Sequence record: DRR378314_953
DNA length: 20,000 bases
Direction: 5' to 3' (one strand)
Position 1 is the stretch's first letter; every line of letters begins with the position of its first letter. The notes under the pieces were generated by a model. It was not told where the DNA came from. It worked only from the letters and a program-made list of their open reading frames with translations, and did no database searches. Of this stretch, positions 17,349 to 20,000 are shown in pieces. Both the position numbers and the translations under genes were made by a program.

Positions 17349-18620
17349 ATGAACATCTTGATCCTTGGTGCCGGAGGGCGCGAACATACCTTAGCCTGGA
17401 AGCTAAAACAAAGTCCAAAACTTAAAAATCTTTATGTGGCTCCCGGAAATGCGGGAACCGCTGCAATAGCCAAAAATGTACCCATTGGTGTAAACGATTT
17501 TGAGGCCATTAAGAAATGTGTGCTGTCAGAAAATATCGAAATGGTCATTGTAGGGCCAGAGGATCCCTTGGTTAATGGGGTGCACGATTTTTTCCTCAAT
17601 GATGCCGACTTAAAAAATATCCCTGTCATTGGCCCGCAAAAAGCAGCGGCTACCCTGGAAGGCAGCAAGCAGTTTGCCAAGGAGTTCATGATGCGCCATA
17701 ACATCCCTACAGCTGCCTATGAAAGTTTTACCGCTGAAACCTTGGAAAAAGGCTATACTTTTTTGGAAACCCTTAAACCACCCTACGTATTAAAAGCGGA
17801 CGGACTGGCTGCAGGGAAAGGGGTTTTGATACTAAATAACCTACAGGAAGCCAAGGACGAACTGAAGACCATGCTGATCGACTCCAAATTTGGGGCTGCA
17901 AGCACTACTGTAGTAATTGAGGAGTTTTTGGATGGGATTGAACTTAGTTGTTTTGTGCTTACCGATGGAAAAGGTTTTAAGGTCCTACCCACCGCAAAAG
18001 ATTATAAAAGAATTGGAGAAGGCGATACCGGATTGAATACAGGCGGTATGGGGGCCATTTCCCCAGTTCCTTTCGCAGATAAGCTTTTTATGGCAAGAGT
18101 ACTTGAGCGAATCGTAAAGCCTACCGTAGAGGGCTTTAAATTGGATAATCTACCTTATAAGGGATTTGTGTTCATAGGTTTGATAAAAGTAGGGGACGAA
18201 CCCAAAGTAATTGAATACAACGTGCGAATGGGCGATCCTGAAACCGAGGTGGTAATACCAAGAATTAAAAATGATCTGGTCGAGGTTTTTGAAGCCGTTG
18301 CAAACCAAAACTTGGATAGCATCGACCTGGAAATAGATGAACGTGCTGCCACCACAGTAATGGCAGTGTCCGGAGGTTATCCGGAAGCTTATGGGAAAGG
18401 AATGGAAATAACAGGTTTTGAGAATATAGAAGATGCCGTGGTATTCCATGCCGGAACGGAGTTAAAAGAAGGCAGGGTCTTGACCAATGGAGGTAGGGTT
18501 ATGGCGGTTACCGCATATGGTGCCGATTACAAGGAAGCATTAAAGAAATCCTATAAAAACATGGAGAAACTACAATTCGATAAGATGTACTATCGCAAAG
18601 ACCTGGGATTCGATCTTTAA
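17349..18620 (+). CDS. purD: Phosphoribosylamine--glycine ligase
   Basis: MNILILGAGGREH, APGNAG, VGPEDPL, LEGSKQFAK, KADGLAAGKGV, DYKRIGEGDTGLNTGGMGA and EYNVRMGDPE. Start moved from ORF-track 17238 to ATG 17349. Confidence 0.98.
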   Translation: MNILILGAGGREHTLAWKLKQSPKLKNLYVAPGNAGTAAIAKNVPIGVNDFEAIKKCVLSENIEMVIVGPEDPLVNGVHDFFLNDADLKNIPVIGPQKAAATLEGSKQFAKEFMMRHNIPTAAYESFTAETLEKGYTFLETLKPPYVLKADGLAAGKGVLILNNLQEAKDELKTMLIDSKFGAASTTVVIEEFLDGIELSCFVLTDGKGFKVLPTAKDYKRIGEGDTGLNTGGMGAISPVPFADKLFMARVLERIVKPTVEGFKLDNLPYKGFVFIGLIKVGDEPKVIEYNVRMGDPETEVVIPRIKNDLVEVFEAVANQNLDSIDLEIDERAATTVMAVSGGYPEAYGKGMEITGFENIEDAVVFHAGTELKEGRVLTNGGRVMAVTAYGADYKEALKKSYKNMEKLQFDKMYYRKDLGFDL

Positions 18621-18653
18621 TAATCAACCAAATATAGAAATACTATATTTTAG

Positions 18654-18693
18654 TATAAGAAAGGGGATAGCAAAAGCTATCCCCTTTCTTATA
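18654..18693. terminator. Bidirectional intrinsic terminator between convergent purD and the small membrane protein gene
   Basis: Perfect 18-bp inverted repeat TATAAGAAAGGGGATAGC-AAAA-GCTATCCCCTTTCTTATA. A second 8-bp hairpin (AAATATAG/CTATATTT, 18630-18650) lies just upstream. Confidence 0.85.
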
Positions 18694-18775
18694 TACTCTT
18701 TGTTCTTAAATTTTATTCAGGAAAAACCACAGCTTCAAAAAGAAGCCATGTTTCTAACGGAAATACAACTAATAT

Positions 18776-18997
18776 TTATAGGTAGGAGTGTGCGGTTGCG
18801 TCTTTATTCTCCTCACCACTATCATTGTATTTTTTCAACTCCAACATCCAATAAACAAAGGCAGCAGAACCGATAAGCATAAAAATCCAATTTAATGTGT
18901 TGGCTCCCCACCAATTCTCCATAGCACGCATGGCGTCAAATGGTGCAAAAAGCACATTTACAAATAAATCCTCTATACCGTAAAAAAATGAATCCAT
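18776..18997 (-). CDS. Small conserved Flavobacteriaceae membrane protein (DUF6341-like)
   Basis: 73 aa with a hydrophobic NWIFMLIGSAAFVYWM segment and C-terminal TAHSYL. Family recalled from memory as the gene convergent on purD in this lineage. It has its own -7 element. Confidence 0.75.
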   Translation of the reverse strand: MDSFFYGIEDLFVNVLFAPFDAMRAMENWWGANTLNWIFMLIGSAAFVYWMLELKKYNDSGEENKDATAHSYL

Positions 18998-19016
18998 CTT
19001 AATTATATTTACCTTG

Positions 19017-19024
19017 CAAAAATA
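19017..19024 (-). promoter_or_regulatory. Candidate -7 promoter element for the DUF6341-like gene
   Basis: Plus-strand CAAAAATA = minus-strand TATTTTTG (TAnnTTTG), 19 nt before the minus-strand ATG at 18997. Confidence 0.6.
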
Positions 19025-19036
19025 TAAAAACCTAGG

Positions 19037-19975
19037 ATGATTTCAAGCATTTTTGGAAGAACAAAACCAATAAATTATATAATACTTCTGGTATTCCTAT
19101 TTTTTTTCTATTGGTTTGTCCATTTTTTCATGTTCCAAAAATCGTATTCACCAGAACAATTAATGGGACAAACAGTGATTCTGGGGTTCTTATCGTTCAG
19201 TATTTTTGTGGTAAATTTTATTGTGTTGAGAAATAAGATTACAGGTGGCAATTCCTTGGCAATCCTATTTTACACCCTGTTAATTGTACTTTTTCCGGAA
19301 GTGCTAATAGATTCCAATGCCATTCTCTGTAGTTTTTTTTTATTGCTCTCCATCCGTAGGATCCTGAGTTTCCGCAGTCTCAAAAACATTAAATTAAAAA
19401 TTTTCGATGCCACTTTTTGGATATTGATAGCCAGCTTATTCTATGACTGGGCCATATTGTATCTCATAGTAGTAATTGTTGCCATATACTTTTATGAACC
19501 AAAAAATATTACAAATTGGTTGGTCCCATTCACTGCAATTATTGCTATGGTACTAATTATGCTGGCAGTTCTGGCGCTTGGCAATAATATGGATTTTTTA
19601 AGGGATCATTATTTTTTCGACTTTCAGTTCAATGCTGTTTATTTCTATGACTGGAGCAATAGCACCATATTATTTCTTTATGTTTCCATAGTTTTGCTTT
19701 GTGGTTTTTTGGCTTTTTTAAAACTGGGTAGTGTAGGAGTAGGCAAAATAGTGACCATGCGCCTTATAGTCCTGTTCTTTTTTATAGGCTTGTTGGTGAA
19801 AGTTTTGAAATCCGCCCCTGACACCCACCCTATTTTAATTACCTTTTTCCCCGCAGTAGTTTTTATAACCACTTATGTCCAATCCATTAAAAAGGATAGT
19901 GTCCGTGAAATTGTATTAATGGCATCCGTTATAGTTCCCTTTATCGTTTTTCTGACCAATGCGCTTATGAAGTAA
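19037..19975 (+). CDS. Conserved polytopic membrane protein (DUF6427-like)
   Basis: 312 aa, about 9 TM segments, MISSIFGRTKPINY and KIFDATFWILIASLFYDW. Family recalled from memory. Confidence 0.7.
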   Translation: MISSIFGRTKPINYIILLVFLFFFYWFVHFFMFQKSYSPEQLMGQTVILGFLSFSIFVVNFIVLRNKITGGNSLAILFYTLLIVLFPEVLIDSNAILCSFFLLLSIRRILSFRSLKNIKLKIFDATFWILIASLFYDWAILYLIVVIVAIYFYEPKNITNWLVPFTAIIAMVLIMLAVLALGNNMDFLRDHYFFDFQFNAVYFYDWSNSTILFLYVSIVLLCGFLAFLKLGSVGVGKIVTMRLIVLFFFIGLLVKVLKSAPDTHPILITFFPAVVFITTYVQSIKKDSVREIVLMASVIVPFIVFLTNALMK

Positions 19976-20000
19976 ACTACCTCGGGGCAAGCCCACGAGG
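19976..20000. repeat. GC-rich hairpin, REP-like or IS200/IS605-end-like, truncated by the window edge
   Basis: ACTA-CCTCG-GGG-CAAG-CCC-A-CGAGG: CCTCG/CGAGG and GGG/CCC stems with a one-base bulge, directly after the stop codon. Confidence 0.5.

Noticed and set aside
4148-18620. Functional link between the formyltransferase (10-formyl-THF) and purD
   Set aside because: PurD does not make or use formyl-THF, has its own candidate promoter and appears to be just the conserved flank of the locus.
9643-19341. A8/T9 homopolymers (e.g. 9643-9650, 12974-12982, 16433-16440, 19333-19341) as phase-variation switches
   Set aside because: Such runs are expected in AT-rich Lys/Phe-coding DNA, all reading frames are intact, and there are no long G/C tracts.
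723-19872. Short antisense or alternate-frame ORFs (e.g. 723-944, 9016-9354, 15535-15819, 16502-16765, 18150-18449, 19678-19872)
   Set aside because: All lie within well-supported genes and show no recognisable motifs, so they are shadow ORFs.
1-20000. CRISPR array, tRNA/rRNA, transposase, integrase, invertible promoter or defence system
   Set aside because: By eye I saw no regularly spaced repeats, RNA-gene signatures, recombinase ORFs or long inverted repeats flanking a promoter.

Overview
Bacteroidota window, most likely marine Flavobacteriaceae (inferred from TAnnTTTG promoter motifs and the uxs-purD-DUF6341-DUF6427 neighbourhood). Bases 1-17091 are the 3' part of a co-oriented surface-polysaccharide (O-antigen/capsule/glycosylation) locus. 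It holds the end of rfbD/rmlD, then a tightly coupled pseudaminic-acid cassette pseB-pseC-pseF-pseG-[formyltransferase]-pseI in which the usual PseH acetyltransferase slot carries an N-formyltransferase (predicting Pse5Ac7Fo), and a KpsS-like candidate pseudaminyltransferase. After a 495-bp non-coding gap comes a very AT-rich four-gene block (hexapeptide acyltransferase, Wzy-like protein, beta-helix lipoprotein, WaaL-like protein), then Wzx, a GT4, a WcaJ-type initiating transferase and UDP-glucuronate decarboxylase. Core genes follow (purD, a bidirectional terminator, two conserved membrane proteins), and a REP-like hairpin is cut by the right edge. All calls come from motif recognition by eye; no searches were run.
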